DNA of 64,000 bases from an uncultured Dehalococcoidales bacterium (lineage in GTDB: Bacteria; Chloroflexota; Dehalococcoidia; GIF9; UBA5629), in NCBI GenBank assembly GCA_964554375.1, contig CAZKOL010000003.1, positions 7,206 to 71,205 of the forward strand. Reading direction: 5' to 3'. Each line of letters opens with the position of its first letter. The stretch's first letter is position 1. A model generated the notes under the pieces. The model saw only the letters and a list, made by a program, of their open reading frames with translations. It made no database searches and was not told the origin of the DNA. The translations under genes were made by a program, and so were the position numbers. Positions 9,095 to 20,290 of this stretch are shown here, one piece after another.

Positions 9095-10777
9095 TTATAT
9101 TACATTATTAGTTGCCTCGTTAGACAACGAAAGTAAGTACTTGAGAGGGATTTCAATCCAGGTTGGTCTATTATTCAGTTCATAGTTTAGCTCGTATATA
9201 GCCTTTTCAAGTTGGAAGGCAGTCAACGCTTTTTGTGTTGCCTCTCTGGATGCAGGCAGATATGAAGTCGAGCCGTTTAAAGAAACGCTAAAATAGCCTT
9301 TGAGGAAATCCTTACAAACCTGTCCCTCCCAAATTCTACCCCATTTTTCCATCTCATTAAATCTGTTCTTTTGTAGCAGATTAAAATCAAACAGCTTCGA
9401 GTACACCGCATAATTAAAGGAGCGAAGCATCCCGGCTACATCTTTCAGCGGGCTGTTTTTAGCCCTCCTTTCTTTTAGTGTCCTGGCCGGTTCGCCTTCA
9501 AAATCAATGATTATCCAGTCAGAGACAGTTTTTAATACCTGTCCCAGATGATAATCACCGTGATAGCGTATTTTATGTGTCCTTTCATCAGCAAGCACCA
9601 CCAGGTCTCCGGCTTTGTTCAAATACATCAAATCATTCGTAAGTACCTGCTTAATCTGTTCCTGGATATGAAGCGGGAACAAGTTACATTTATCATTTAA
9701 AATATGCAGGACCTCACTGGTATACGATTGGATACTCTTAATCCATATGCGCATGTCAGATTCCTCAATTAGTTCAGGAGAAAAGTCATCGATCCCACAA
9801 TTCGACGCCAAAGCGTTATGCAATTCTCCGGTAATTTCCCCAAGGTGGAAAGCATCCTGCAAGTACGTATTTGAAAACTGACGTACCACCAATTCTTTCA
9901 TTTCAGGGGTCGCCTTATCTTCAGCAGACAGCAGGGACTCATCTTTCAGAATAAAGTCATAGAAATTGTGCAGATGCCCTAATGTATATTTCCATCCATC
10001 ACCCTGACTTACAATAAAATTCTGAAGTGAGGCTATAGTAGATTTGAAATCGCCTTTTCCAGAATACTCAATATATCCAGCTACCAAAGGCATATTTTTA
10101 AAATTGGTCATTGTGGTTAAAAAGAGGGGGATTTCCAGGTCAGGATTAGTCCCATTTGCCAGTCGACGAAAGTTTTTCATGACGAAAGCTTCATCGTAAA
10201 TAACCGATGTATTGCTCTGTTCCACCCCCATAAACCGGACAGAATTAACAGCTAACGGAGACTGCGCATCTCTGGAAGCAGTTAGTAATGCAGTAGCAGT
10301 ACAATTGAAATGACCAGCCATGGAATCGATACGTTCTGAAACTTCGACCATCTGCAGATGCTTACGTAAAAATTCCTCGTCTTGAAGCGCATTAAGAACC
10401 AGAAGATTGCTGATGGGAGTCTGTAGCTCCAGTATTACATCTTCAGAGATAACAGGCAGCTTTCCTGTCGGGGAATCAGGCGATTGAATAACTACAGGAA
10501 AATAATAGATTTCAGAATCTTCATTGTCATATAGCAGCTCTATCAGCATCATCACATATACCGGCAAGTTACAACTTACGAGAGCGGCATCATAGAGATG
10601 AATGTGTTTGATTCCCTTCATCTTGCTGCCGAACCACCGCTGTCTTTTTATATAGTCTATCGGCACGGCTTCTATTATTGACGGAAGCAGCGCAACATAA
10701 TCACCAGGTTCAACAAGGTTCGCAGTCCTGTAAGTTGGAAACTCCATGTTTTTCATTTCTTTCCAAGCTGCCGTCAT
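9095..10777 (-). CDS. mak: maltokinase (maltose 1-phosphotransferase, Pep2/Mak family)
   Basis: Catalytic-loop HGDYHLGQVL and DFEGEP...SPLKDVAGMLRSFNYA motifs are diagnostic of Mak-type kinases. Start codon uncertain. Confidence 0.65.
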   Translation of the reverse strand: MTAAWKEMKNMEFPTYRTANLVEPGDYVALLPSIIEAVPIDYIKRQRWFGSKMKGIKHIHLYDAALVSCNLPVYVMMLIELLYDNEDSEIYYFPVVIQSPDSPTGKLPVISEDVILELQTPISNLLVLNALQDEEFLRKHLQMVEVSERIDSMAGHFNCTATALLTASRDAQSPLAVNSVRFMGVEQSNTSVIYDEAFVMKNFRRLANGTNPDLEIPLFLTTMTNFKNMPLVAGYIEYSGKGDFKSTIASLQNFIVSQGDGWKYTLGHLHNFYDFILKDESLLSAEDKATPEMKELVVRQFSNTYLQDAFHLGEITGELHNALASNCGIDDFSPELIEESDMRIWIKSIQSYTSEVLHILNDKCNLFPLHIQEQIKQVLTNDLMYLNKAGDLVVLADERTHKIRYHGDYHLGQVLKTVSDWIIIDFEGEPARTLKERRAKNSPLKDVAGMLRSFNYAVYSKLFDFNLLQKNRFNEMEKWGRIWEGQVCKDFLKGYFSVSLNGSTSYLPASREATQKALTAFQLEKAIYELNYELNNRPTWIEIPLKYLLSLSNEATNNVI

Positions 10778-10802
10778 TGCTTACAAACCCTGATTACAGC
10801 AG

Positions 10803-12041
10803 TTATTTGATAACGGACCTCATCATTGCCAATTCATCACGCACCAAACGGGGAGTCAAGAAATTTTTGCGGACGTGCTCTCGACCTAAATTACCTAATT
10901 CCCTGGCATAATCATTATCGGCAATCAGTCTAACTATTTTTTCGGCACATTCCCTGATATTGCTAACCAGGCAATAATCCAATTGGCCCGTTAGCTGTAG
11001 GGGTATACCTCCCACTCGACTACCTATAACCGGTTTGCCTTTCCAGAGTGTTTCAGACACTGCCAGACCAAAGCCTTCACGTAATGATTTCAGAATACCC
11101 ACACTGCACACCCTTTGAAATACATTAACCTCAATATCGCCGATGCCGTCAATATTTGTGTAAACGTGAATATCCTCGTCTTTAGATGCTTCAGCATCCA
11201 CAAGCCGGAGTGTTGAAAAAGTCTCCGGGTCATCCAGTGTTAGTGAACTTATAATAACCAGCTGCAAATCAGGGATCTCATTTTTAACCGCAAAGAAACA
11301 TTCTATGATGCCCATAGGGTCTTTCCACTTGTCCAGCCTTGAAACGTGAAGAAGAATCGGCCTTTGCGGATCAATACCCAGGCTGCTTACAAATTCAAGG
11401 CTTTGATCCAGAGGAACATCACGGTTTTTCAGGCTGAGCGGATCAATAGCCGGGGCAATAGTCTTTATCACCGGTAATTTCAAGTCAGCCGGTATGAATT
11501 CCTGCATAGTAAATATAGCGCCTTGATATTCCTCGATAAGCGGTTTTAAAAATGTCCAGGCTGCCTTATCCGGTTCAGAAGAATCTAAATGACAGCGCCA
11601 TATCCAGCGTGCCTTTTTAGAACTAATAAAGTGTGGCAAAGCAAGAAGATGATGATTGTGGAGAATAACCACGTCATAGTTGTTATCAGCGAAATCAGCC
11701 GCAATATCGCTATTATACTGGAGATACAATTGCTTCTCTTCATCACCTAACTCCTGAGGAGATCCCTGTAAGGCATTATGTATAACTTTGGCAATGTTTA
11801 AAAACTTATCATTGCTGCGTAGCGCATACCAATCTGCCTGAATACCCAGGTCCTGTTCGATTGGAACTGTAGCGCAAAGAATTTCTGGCACCCCACCCCC
11901 AAATGGGGTTGAAGTTATGTTACACACCCGCAAACCACGAAGGTCCCGGGCAATTTGATTAACCTCCTCCAATAACAAATCATCAATAATGCCCTGATAT
12001 TGGGTTAGTTTTTTCTCTGCGGTAATAACTTTCTCTAGCAC
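10803..12041 (-). CDS. treT: trehalose glycosyltransferring synthase (GT4)
   Basis: 412 aa. Blocks STPFGGGVPEIL, KVIHNALQG, WIWRCHLDSSEP and REGFGLAVSETLWKGKPVIGSRVGGI closely resemble archaeal/bacterial TreT as recalled from memory. Confidence 0.65.
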   Translation of the reverse strand: MLEKVITAEKKLTQYQGIIDDLLLEEVNQIARDLRGLRVCNITSTPFGGGVPEILCATVPIEQDLGIQADWYALRSNDKFLNIAKVIHNALQGSPQELGDEEKQLYLQYNSDIAADFADNNYDVVILHNHHLLALPHFISSKKARWIWRCHLDSSEPDKAAWTFLKPLIEEYQGAIFTMQEFIPADLKLPVIKTIAPAIDPLSLKNRDVPLDQSLEFVSSLGIDPQRPILLHVSRLDKWKDPMGIIECFFAVKNEIPDLQLVIISSLTLDDPETFSTLRLVDAEASKDEDIHVYTNIDGIGDIEVNVFQRVCSVGILKSLREGFGLAVSETLWKGKPVIGSRVGGIPLQLTGQLDYCLVSNIRECAEKIVRLIADNDYARELGNLGREHVRKNFLTPRLVRDELAMMRSVIK

Positions 12042-12102
12042 GTGCTATTCTCTCACCTGTAACAGCAATTTAAATTGACGTTAAAATAGAAATACTCCCT
12101 CT

Positions 12103-13779
12103 CTATTCAACGTTACAAGTTCTCTCCTGAAATACAGATTCGTTTTTCATTTCCAGACGGAACCATAGAAAACCATATGGGCTTAGAGTCAACAAGTAGG
12201 GCAATTCTCCGATACGGGGGAAGCGTACTTCACCTAACAATTCAACAGGGATTGCTCCCTTGTATCTCTTCAGGTCCAGCTCCACCGGCTGAGAAGAATT
12301 TGCCAGGTTTTGCACGACGAGAATATTATCATCCTGGTAACTGCGGATGTATGCTAATACACAACTGTTTCTTGGTTTTAGAAACTCTAAAGTGCCACGG
12401 CCGAAAGCCCGGTGCTTCTTACGCACCGCAATCAATCTCTTCATACTATTGAGTAATGAACTGGGTGTACGCATTTGTGCCTCAACGTTAATGGTCTGAT
12501 AACCGTAGACCGGATTACTAATAACAGGCAGGTAGAGTTGCTCCGGATCTATCTCAGAGAATCCCCCATTCCGATCGACACTCCATTGCATGGGAGTTCG
12601 TACACCATTACGATCACCCAGATAAATGTTGTCACCCATTCCAATCTCATCTCCATAGTAGATAATTGGACTACCGGGCATTGTAAGCAGAATGCTGTTC
12701 AACAGTTCCACCTTTCGCCGGTCATTGTCTACCAATGGCGCAAGCCTGCGGCGTATCCCCAGATTCAATCGCATTCTAGAATCAGCCGCGTACGTTTGCC
12801 ACATAAAAGCGCGCTGCAATTCCGTGACCATTTCAAGGGTCACTTCATCATGATTACGCAGAAAGAGCCCCCACTGGCTAGTATCGGGGATCTCAGGAGT
12901 GCGGCTTATTACATTGACAATAGGTTGACGATTTTCTCTTGCCAGCGCCATAAAAATATTGGGCATGAGGGGAAAATGAAATGCCATATGAAATTCATCA
13001 CCATCTCCAAAATACTGACGAACGTCCCCGGGCAATTGGTTTGCCTCGGCCAGCAGCAGTCTATCCTGGTAATTTTCGTCTATTTTGCGGCGCAGTTCCT
13101 TGAAATATACATGATTTTCAGGAAGATTTTCACAGTCAGTGCCTTCTTGCTCAAATAGGTATGGAACAGCATCGCAACGCAGCCCGTCCATGCCCTTATC
13201 AAGCCAGAAAAAAGCTACCTTCAACATTTCCTCCTGCACCTGAGGATTATTATAGTTAAGGTCCGGCTGGTGGCTAAAGAAACGATGCCAGTAATACTTA
13301 TTTAAACCGGTATCTAATGCCCAATTAGATTTCTCCGTGTCAAGAAAAATAATGCGCGCATCCTTGTATTTGTCCTGATTATCACTCCACACATAGTAAT
13401 CATGTTTAGGATTATCGGGAGATCTGCGAGCTTCCTGAAACCACCGGTGCTGGTCCGAGGTATGGTTAACAACAAGGTCGGCAATAACCCGTATCCCCAG
13501 TAGATGCGCCTTATTAAGGAACGCCTGGAAGTCTTCAATGCTCCCGTAGTCCGGATGGATGTCATTAAAATCGGAAATATCGTAGCCATCATCCTTCAAA
13601 GGAGAGGGATAAAATGGCAGCAGCCAGATGCAGTCGATCCCCAACTCCTTGAGATAGTCCAGCTTTTCCGTTAAACCCCGAAAATCTCCTTTGCCATCGT
13701 TATTGGCGTCATAAAAAGCGCGTACATGCACCTCATAGAAAATTGCGTCCTTATACCATAGCCTATCCGAATCTTGCAT
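12103..13779 (-). CDS. treS: trehalose synthase / maltose alpha-D-glucosyltransferase (GH13)
   Basis: [29 protein letters not shown] and [15 protein letters not shown] are hallmark TreS motifs; length 558 aa. Confidence 0.85.
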   Translation of the reverse strand: MQDSDRLWYKDAIFYEVHVRAFYDANNDGKGDFRGLTEKLDYLKELGIDCIWLLPFYPSPLKDDGYDISDFNDIHPDYGSIEDFQAFLNKAHLLGIRVIADLVVNHTSDQHRWFQEARRSPDNPKHDYYVWSDNQDKYKDARIIFLDTEKSNWALDTGLNKYYWHRFFSHQPDLNYNNPQVQEEMLKVAFFWLDKGMDGLRCDAVPYLFEQEGTDCENLPENHVYFKELRRKIDENYQDRLLLAEANQLPGDVRQYFGDGDEFHMAFHFPLMPNIFMALARENRQPIVNVISRTPEIPDTSQWGLFLRNHDEVTLEMVTELQRAFMWQTYAADSRMRLNLGIRRRLAPLVDNDRRKVELLNSILLTMPGSPIIYYGDEIGMGDNIYLGDRNGVRTPMQWSVDRNGGFSEIDPEQLYLPVISNPVYGYQTINVEAQMRTPSSLLNSMKRLIAVRKKHRAFGRGTLEFLKPRNSCVLAYIRSYQDDNILVVQNLANSSQPVELDLKRYKGAIPVELLGEVRFPRIGELPYLLTLSPYGFLWFRLEMKNESVFQERTCNVE

Positions 13780-13908
13780 ACTATCCCTTATACACGTTAA
13801 TTTTCAGCGATTCCTGAATCTCTCTAACCATTGCTTCTCTATAATCCAGGACGTTTACCTCTCGCTACATAAATATATTTCGCCTGACTTATCCTCTCTA
13901 ATAGTATT

Positions 13909-15906
13909 CTACATAAAATAATCAAAATCTCTCTCCGTGTGAATACGCCGCCGGATAAGGAATATATGGGCAGGACAAACAAACGGATTCAGTTCGATAT
14001 AATTGCGCCGGCCACTCCACAGGAAGCGGGAGTCGCTTAAAAGATCGTGCATCTGATACGGTTGCTCTGAATCAAAATTCAATAACTCGGGAGAGAGTTC
14101 TACCCATCCAGAGTGAGTATGATGCGGATCGAGGTTCACTATTACCAGCAATGTGTTGGACAGGTCATCAGTTGATTTGCTATAACAAATCAACTGGTCA
14201 TTATCAACTTCATGGAAAAGCAGATTCAAGTTGCTCTGAAGAGCAGCATTATCTCTCCGGATCTTATTCATTAGCGAAATAAAGTCGCGCAGGCTATCCT
14301 GTAGCCCTGTATTCCAGTGTTTTATCTCATATTTCTCAGAGTTAAGGTATTCTTCACTGCCCTGCTCTTTGGGGCTATTTTCACAAAGCTCGAAAGCAGG
14401 GCCATAGATTCCGTAACTAGCGCCCAGAGTAGCTGCCAGTACCAACCGCGACATAAAGGCTGGCCGCCCGCCGGATTGAAGATATTCCGTCAGAATATCC
14501 GGGGTATTAGGCCACAGGTTCGGACGAAAATACTCTCGGACTTCCGTTTTAGTAAGCTCATTTAAATATTGTGTTAATTCCCACTTTGTATTGCGCCAGG
14601 TAAAATAAGTGTAAGATTGCGTAAAGCCCAATTTAGCGAGATTGTACATTACCTTGGGACGAGTAAATGCTTCAGCCAGGAAGATAACATCAGGATAAGC
14701 CTCTTTTATTTCGGAAATCAACCATTCCCAAAAGCCGAAGGGCTTGGTGTGAGGATTGTCAATTCTGAATATGTGAATTCCCTGTTCAATCCAATAGACC
14801 ACAATGCTTTTTAACTCATCCCACAATTCACTCCAGTGCTCGGTATTGAAATTTAGAGGATAAATATCCTGATATTTTTTTGGTGGATTCTCAGCAAATT
14901 GCACCTTTCCATCCGCGCGCAACAGAAACCATTCAGGGTGCTGGGTCACATAGGGATGATCAGGCGAGCATTGGAAAGCTATGTCCATGGCAATTTCAAT
15001 GCCATAATTATTGGACTTTTGCACTAGATTATGAAAGTCTTCGGTAGTGCCCAACTCAGGAAGGATTTCTTTATGCCCGCCTTCCTGCGAACCTATTGCC
15101 CAGGGAGTTCCAGGGTCATCAGGATTGGCTGTAACGGTATTATTTTTCCCTTTGCGATCGGTTTGGCCAATAGGATGTATAGGAGGAAAATAGAGAACGT
15201 CAAAGCCCATTTCCGCAATATAGGGAAGCCAGTCTTCACAATCCTTGAACGTGCCATGGCGCAATTCCTGCGTGGCAGCCGAGCGGGGAAACATTTCATA
15301 CCATGTGCTGAAGCGGGCCTTCTCCCTATCAACTGAGACCGCCAATTCCTTAGGATAAGTGACGGCAAATCTTCTATCAGATAACTTGTCCATCGCTTCA
15401 GCGACATTTTCAGCAAGTATCAACTTCATCTTGTCTTTCTGCGATACCTGCTCCGATTGAAGCGCCTTTAGCCACTTGCCTATCAACCTTTTATCACCGT
15501 TAGCAGCTCTCAGGGATGCTTCTTCAATAAGCCGGGTACCTGCTATTAAATGAATTGCAGTATCTTCTTCACCTGCATTAAGCCTTTTCTCAAAGTTATC
15601 GCGCCAGGATTTAAAGCTATCAACCCAGGCTGTAACCGTGTAAAAGTAGTTTCCCAGCTCCGTTACTATAAATGACGCCCTCCACCGGTCATTGATAACA
15701 CGTTCCATGGGTATCTCACGCCACCGAGAATCAAGCGCTTGCCTATACGATAGTAAAGCAGTGAGTACATCGTGGCCATCAGCATAAATATCCGCCTCTA
15801 CTACCACCGTCTCACCTATAATTCGTTTAACTGGGAAACGTCCATCATTTATCGCAGGCTTCACAAGGTCTATAACTACTCGTGATCTACTATCTGTCTT
15901 TTTCAC
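13909..15906 (-). CDS. glgE: alpha-1,4-glucan:maltose-1-phosphate maltosyltransferase
   Basis: 665 aa. The N-terminus VVIDLVKPAINDGRFPVKRIIGE and GH13-like core match GlgE. Confidence 0.8.
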   Translation of the reverse strand: MKKTDSRSRVVIDLVKPAINDGRFPVKRIIGETVVVEADIYADGHDVLTALLSYRQALDSRWREIPMERVINDRWRASFIVTELGNYFYTVTAWVDSFKSWRDNFEKRLNAGEEDTAIHLIAGTRLIEEASLRAANGDKRLIGKWLKALQSEQVSQKDKMKLILAENVAEAMDKLSDRRFAVTYPKELAVSVDREKARFSTWYEMFPRSAATQELRHGTFKDCEDWLPYIAEMGFDVLYFPPIHPIGQTDRKGKNNTVTANPDDPGTPWAIGSQEGGHKEILPELGTTEDFHNLVQKSNNYGIEIAMDIAFQCSPDHPYVTQHPEWFLLRADGKVQFAENPPKKYQDIYPLNFNTEHWSELWDELKSIVVYWIEQGIHIFRIDNPHTKPFGFWEWLISEIKEAYPDVIFLAEAFTRPKVMYNLAKLGFTQSYTYFTWRNTKWELTQYLNELTKTEVREYFRPNLWPNTPDILTEYLQSGGRPAFMSRLVLAATLGASYGIYGPAFELCENSPKEQGSEEYLNSEKYEIKHWNTGLQDSLRDFISLMNKIRRDNAALQSNLNLLFHEVDNDQLICYSKSTDDLSNTLLVIVNLDPHHTHSGWVELSPELLNFDSEQPYQMHDLLSDSRFLWSGRRNYIELNPFVCPAHIFLIRRRIHTERDFDYFM

Positions 15907-15982
15907 TATAACTCACCTCGCTTTCACAGACAGCCAATGATAAGGCATTGCCATCAGTTTACTATAAACGCTTGCCATAAGA

Positions 15983-16012
15983 ACAATTTAGCATTGCGTT
16001 ATTTGACTAGCT
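15983..16012 (+). promoter_or_regulatory. candidate sigma70-type promoter for malQ-glgB
   Basis: TTGACT, a 17-18 nt spacer, then TAAGAT, in the 270-bp divergent intergenic region between glgE and malQ. Confidence 0.25.
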
Positions 16013-16178
16013 GCTCGGTGAAACGGTAAGATAGCAAATCAGACAGTAACCTTACCACCATTTGTTACCGCGTTCAAAATAATGCAACGTAAGAAGCATA
16101 ACCACGAGAGATATAAGTCCAATAAACAATTGGCCTGACAATAAAACTTCATCTGCCCTGGGGGAGTATATACATTTT

Positions 16179-18320
16179 ATGGACGCTCCGGAGAAGCAAG
16201 TGAATAGCTCCATTAAGTCGCTTTATGAACTTGCTCACCTGTACGGTATCCAGGTTGCCTATAATGACGTCGAACACCACCGCAGACAAGCTTCCGTCGA
16301 AACACTGTTAGCAACACTGCGATCTTTGGAGGCTCCTGTTGTGTCACTTGATGACATTCCTTCGGTTATCAGCGAAAAGAGGCAAGCGCTCTGGCAAAAC
16401 TACATTGAGCCTGTGCTGGTAGCCTGGGACGGGAACATGTCCCCTATCAACATACGTTTACCACAGAGGATGTCTGACAAACCTTTTAAAATTACTATCA
16501 CCCTGGAAAATGGAGACCGAGCCTGCTGGCATTGCCAGATTAACGATGTTTTACCCAGGATAAAGAAAGTAGACGTGAATGGAACCACGTATGTTATCAA
16601 GCTTTTTAAAATACCTGTCAAATTACCCTCAGGATATCACCAGCTCACGATAGAATTAGATAACATGGTAGTGCAGGCATTTATCATTTCAGCACCCCGG
16701 AAGACTTACTCTGATACAAACATGCTGAACAGTAAATGCTGGGGAGCATTCGTTCCACTTTATGCTCTGCATACCAGGGAGAGTTGGGGTGGAGGCAACT
16801 TCTCAGACATGGAGACCATGACGACGTGGGTCAGCGAAATGGGCGGCAAAGTTGTTGCTACCCTGCCACTGCTTTCTACCTTTTTCGAGAATACTTGCGA
16901 CGTCGGCCCCTATTCTCCCGCCAGCCGCCTATTCTGGAATGAAGTCTACATAGACATAAAAAAAATTGCAGAACTGGGAAGCTGCGATGCGGCAACAATG
17001 ATACTTGCGTCTGATACTTTCTGTAATAACCTGGACCTCATGCGGAAAGCATCCCATGTAGACTATCGCCTGCAAATTGATGTGAAGCGCCGAATACTGG
17101 AGCAACTGTCACGATATTGTTTTACGGAAAGCCCAGCCCAGAGGGAAAAATGTCTGAACTTCGTGATGATGAATCCAATGGTAGAAGACTATGCTAAATT
17201 CCGTGCCACCTGTGAAAAACGCCAGGAGCGCTGGCATTCATGGCCTTCCCCTCAAAAAGATGGAATGCTTTACCAGGAAGACTATAACGAAGAGATAAAA
17301 CAATATCATATATATGTACAATGGTTAGCCAGCGAACAACTCAAGGCAATCTCAAAAACAGCCAGTGAAAAAGATGTGAAATTATACTTTGACCTGCCGC
17401 TGGGAGTACATCCCGATAGCTATGATGTCTGGCGTGAAAAAGATGCCTTTTTGCCTGGAGTTTCGGCAGGAGCGCCTCCTGATACTTTCTTCACGAGGGG
17501 ACAGCAATGGGGTCTTACTCCTTTGAGCCCTGAGGGTATCAGAAAGCAGGGGTACAGATATTATATAAATTGCCTGCGAAACATTCTTAAATACTCGAGT
17601 ATCCTGAGGATCGACCACGTAATGGCTTATCACCGCCTTTACGTCATTCCAAATGGTTTTGATGCCCGTAATGGCGTTTATATGCGTTACCATCCATCGG
17701 AGTTCTACGCTATCGCGAGCCTTGAATCACATCGCAACAAGGCTATACTCCTGGGCGAGGACCTGGGCACAGTACCAGCAGAGGTCAGAAGAGCAATGGA
17801 GCAACATGATTTATACCGGCACTATGTCATTCAGTATGAAATCAGCCCCACTGAAGGAAAGCCATTCACTGCTGTACCGGAAAAAGTAGTAGCAAGTATT
17901 AATACCCATGATATGGCTACCTTCGCAGGCTTCTGGCAGGACGATGATATAAAACAGCGCTTTGAGCTTGGATTACTGGACAGCGATGGTGCAAAACAGG
18001 AACGCAGTGAACGCCAGCATATCAGGAAGATAGTCATTAAATTCCTCAAGCAGGAAAAGTTAATTAACTCATCGCAACCCGGCATCAGGGATATACTCAA
18101 AGGTATATTAAGCTTTCTCAGTTCAAGCCCGGCACGGATGGTTCTTATCAATGTTGAGGATCTCTGGTTGGAGATGAAACCTCAGAATATACCTGGCACG
18201 GTGGAGGAGTATCGCAATTATTGTAAAAAGTTATATTATCCATTTGAGGAATTCTCAAAGTCGCATGAAGTGTTGGAAATATTAAGTGAAGTCAATCAAA
18301 GACGCAGAGGAGAGAAATGA
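16179..18320 (+). CDS. malQ: 4-alpha-glucanotransferase (amylomaltase, GH77) with N-terminal extension
   Basis: The GH77 core (DLPLGVHPDSYDVW, QQWGLTPLSP, LRIDHVMAYHRLYVIP) is preceded by an N-domain of about 170 aa. Confidence 0.8.
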   Translation: MDAPEKQVNSSIKSLYELAHLYGIQVAYNDVEHHRRQASVETLLATLRSLEAPVVSLDDIPSVISEKRQALWQNYIEPVLVAWDGNMSPINIRLPQRMSDKPFKITITLENGDRACWHCQINDVLPRIKKVDVNGTTYVIKLFKIPVKLPSGYHQLTIELDNMVVQAFIISAPRKTYSDTNMLNSKCWGAFVPLYALHTRESWGGGNFSDMETMTTWVSEMGGKVVATLPLLSTFFENTCDVGPYSPASRLFWNEVYIDIKKIAELGSCDAATMILASDTFCNNLDLMRKASHVDYRLQIDVKRRILEQLSRYCFTESPAQREKCLNFVMMNPMVEDYAKFRATCEKRQERWHSWPSPQKDGMLYQEDYNEEIKQYHIYVQWLASEQLKAISKTASEKDVKLYFDLPLGVHPDSYDVWREKDAFLPGVSAGAPPDTFFTRGQQWGLTPLSPEGIRKQGYRYYINCLRNILKYSSILRIDHVMAYHRLYVIPNGFDARNGVYMRYHPSEFYAIASLESHRNKAILLGEDLGTVPAEVRRAMEQHDLYRHYVIQYEISPTEGKPFTAVPEKVVASINTHDMATFAGFWQDDDIKQRFELGLLDSDGAKQERSERQHIRKIVIKFLKQEKLINSSQPGIRDILKGILSFLSSSPARMVLINVEDLWLEMKPQNIPGTVEEYRNYCKKLYYPFEEFSKSHEVLEILSEVNQRRRGEK

Positions 18321-20290
18321 TGAAAGAACCAGAGAAAAAAGCCTCAGGCGGGTCACGGCCAAAAACAAAACCTGACAAAGTACAAAGCGACCTGAAAATA
18401 TTATCTGCGGATGACCTGTATCTCTTCAATGAAGGCAGTCACCTGAAACTATATGAGAAACTGGGAGCACATCCCATGGTCATTGACAGTGTCGAAGGGA
18501 CTTCCTTTGCTGTTTGGGCGCCCGATGCTAAACAAGTATCTGTGACGGGTGATTTTAATGGCTGGAATATGAGTAGCCACCCGCTGTATCAGCAAGAACA
18601 ATCCGGAATATGGCAGAGTTTTGTCCCGGGAATAACCAAAGGTAGTCTTTACAAGTACCATATAATCTCAAGACACAAGAATTACAAGGTTGATAAAGCA
18701 GACCCTTTTTCTTTATATAATGAAATCCCTCCCAAAACAGCTTCAATTGTATGGAATTTGGATTATGAATGGGGAGATCAGTCATGGATGCAAAACCGTT
18801 ATAAGAACAACTCATTAAATGGACCGATAACTATATATGAAGTGCATTTCGGCTCATGGATGAGGGTTTCAGATGAGGAAAACCGCTCATTATCCTATAG
18901 AGAAATGGCAGTAAAACTTGCTGACTACGTGACAAAGCTGGGTTTCACCCATGTGGAATTTTTGCCGCTCATGGACCATCCATTCTTTGGGTCATGGGGC
19001 TACCAGGTTACAGGTTATTTTGCCCCCAGCGCTTGTTATGGCGCCCCCCAGGACTTCATGTATCTTATCGACTATCTCCACCAGAGGGGCATTGGGATTA
19101 TTCTTGATTGGGTCCCATCCCATTTCCCTACTGACGAGCACGGGCTGGGTTTCTTTGATGGCACACATCTCTACGAACACAGCGATCCGAAAAAGGGATT
19201 TCACCCTGACTGGAAAAGTTACATCTTTAACTACGGCCGGCACGAAGTCAGAAGCTTCCTTCTCAGCAGTGCGCTTTTCTGGCTGGACAAATACCATCTC
19301 GACGGATTGCGCGTTGACGGCGTAGCTTCCATGTTGTACCTGGATTACTCCAGGAAGGAAGGTGAATGGATTCCCAACCAATACGGCGGCCGGGAAAATA
19401 TAGAGGCAACCTCATTGCTGCGGAGGCTTAATGAGGAAGTCTATAAGAACTATCCCGATGTGCAGACTATTGCCGAGGAATCCACTGCATGGCCCATGGT
19501 TTCCCGCCCAACATACCTTGGAGGATTGGGATTCGGCATGAAATGGGATATGGGCTGGATGCATGATATGCTCGAATATATAGCCAAGGACCCTGTTCAC
19601 AGGAAATTTCATTACAATAAATTAACATTCCGTATGCTTTATGCGTTTACGGAGAACTTTGTGCTTTCACTTTCACATGACGAGGTTGTGCACGGCAAAG
19701 GCTCTCTGCTGGGGAGAATGCCCGGAGATGACTGGCAAAAATTTGCCAACCTGAGGCTCCTGTTTAGCTACATGTATTCCCAGCCGGGAAAGAAACTGCT
19801 GTTTATGGGAGGGGAGTTCGGACAGTGGAGCGAATGGCACCATGACGCCAGCCTGGAATGGGATCTTTCGCAGTATGCTACTCATATGGGGGTGCAGCGA
19901 GCAGTCCAGGACCTGATAACCCTGTACCGCGGTGAACCAGCCCTCCATGAGTTGGATTTTGATGCCGCCGGGTTTGAATGGGTCGACTGTAACGATTCCG
20001 ACAACAGTGTCATTTCATTTTTGCGCAAAGGACGCTCTACCAAAGATGTTGTTTTAATCATTTGTAACTTCACGCCTGTAGTGCGCTATAACTATCGTAT
20101 CGGTGTGCAAAACGGTGGGTTCTGGAAAGAAATCTTCAACAGCGATGCTTCGCACTATAATGGGAGCGGACAGGGCAATATGGGTGGAGTTACCGCCGCT
20201 CCGCTGAAATTTCATGGCAGACCGTTCTCCCTGAATCTCACGCTACCACCGCTCGCCGCAGTTTTCTTCAAGAAGGAAGAACAGAAATAA
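18317..20290 (+). CDS. glgB: 1,4-alpha-glucan branching enzyme
   Basis: VWAPDAKQVSVTGDFNGWN, GIILDWVPSHFP and HDEVVHGKGSL. The start overlaps the malQ stop. Confidence 0.9.
   Translation: MMKEPEKKASGGSRPKTKPDKVQSDLKILSADDLYLFNEGSHLKLYEKLGAHPMVIDSVEGTSFAVWAPDAKQVSVTGDFNGWNMSSHPLYQQEQSGIWQSFVPGITKGSLYKYHIISRHKNYKVDKADPFSLYNEIPPKTASIVWNLDYEWGDQSWMQNRYKNNSLNGPITIYEVHFGSWMRVSDEENRSLSYREMAVKLADYVTKLGFTHVEFLPLMDHPFFGSWGYQVTGYFAPSACYGAPQDFMYLIDYLHQRGIGIILDWVPSHFPTDEHGLGFFDGTHLYEHSDPKKGFHPDWKSYIFNYGRHEVRSFLLSSALFWLDKYHLDGLRVDGVASMLYLDYSRKEGEWIPNQYGGRENIEATSLLRRLNEEVYKNYPDVQTIAEESTAWPMVSRPTYLGGLGFGMKWDMGWMHDMLEYIAKDPVHRKFHYNKLTFRMLYAFTENFVLSLSHDEVVHGKGSLLGRMPGDDWQKFANLRLLFSYMYSQPGKKLLFMGGEFGQWSEWHHDASLEWDLSQYATHMGVQRAVQDLITLYRGEPALHELDFDAAGFEWVDCNDSDNSVISFLRKGRSTKDVVLIICNFTPVVRYNYRIGVQNGGFWKEIFNSDASHYNGSGQGNMGGVTAAPLKFHGRPFSLNLTLPPLAAVFFKKEEQK

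Noticed and set aside
12475-13158. 227-aa plus-strand ORF inside treS
   Set aside because: Antisense shadow of the treS reading frame, with no domain signal.
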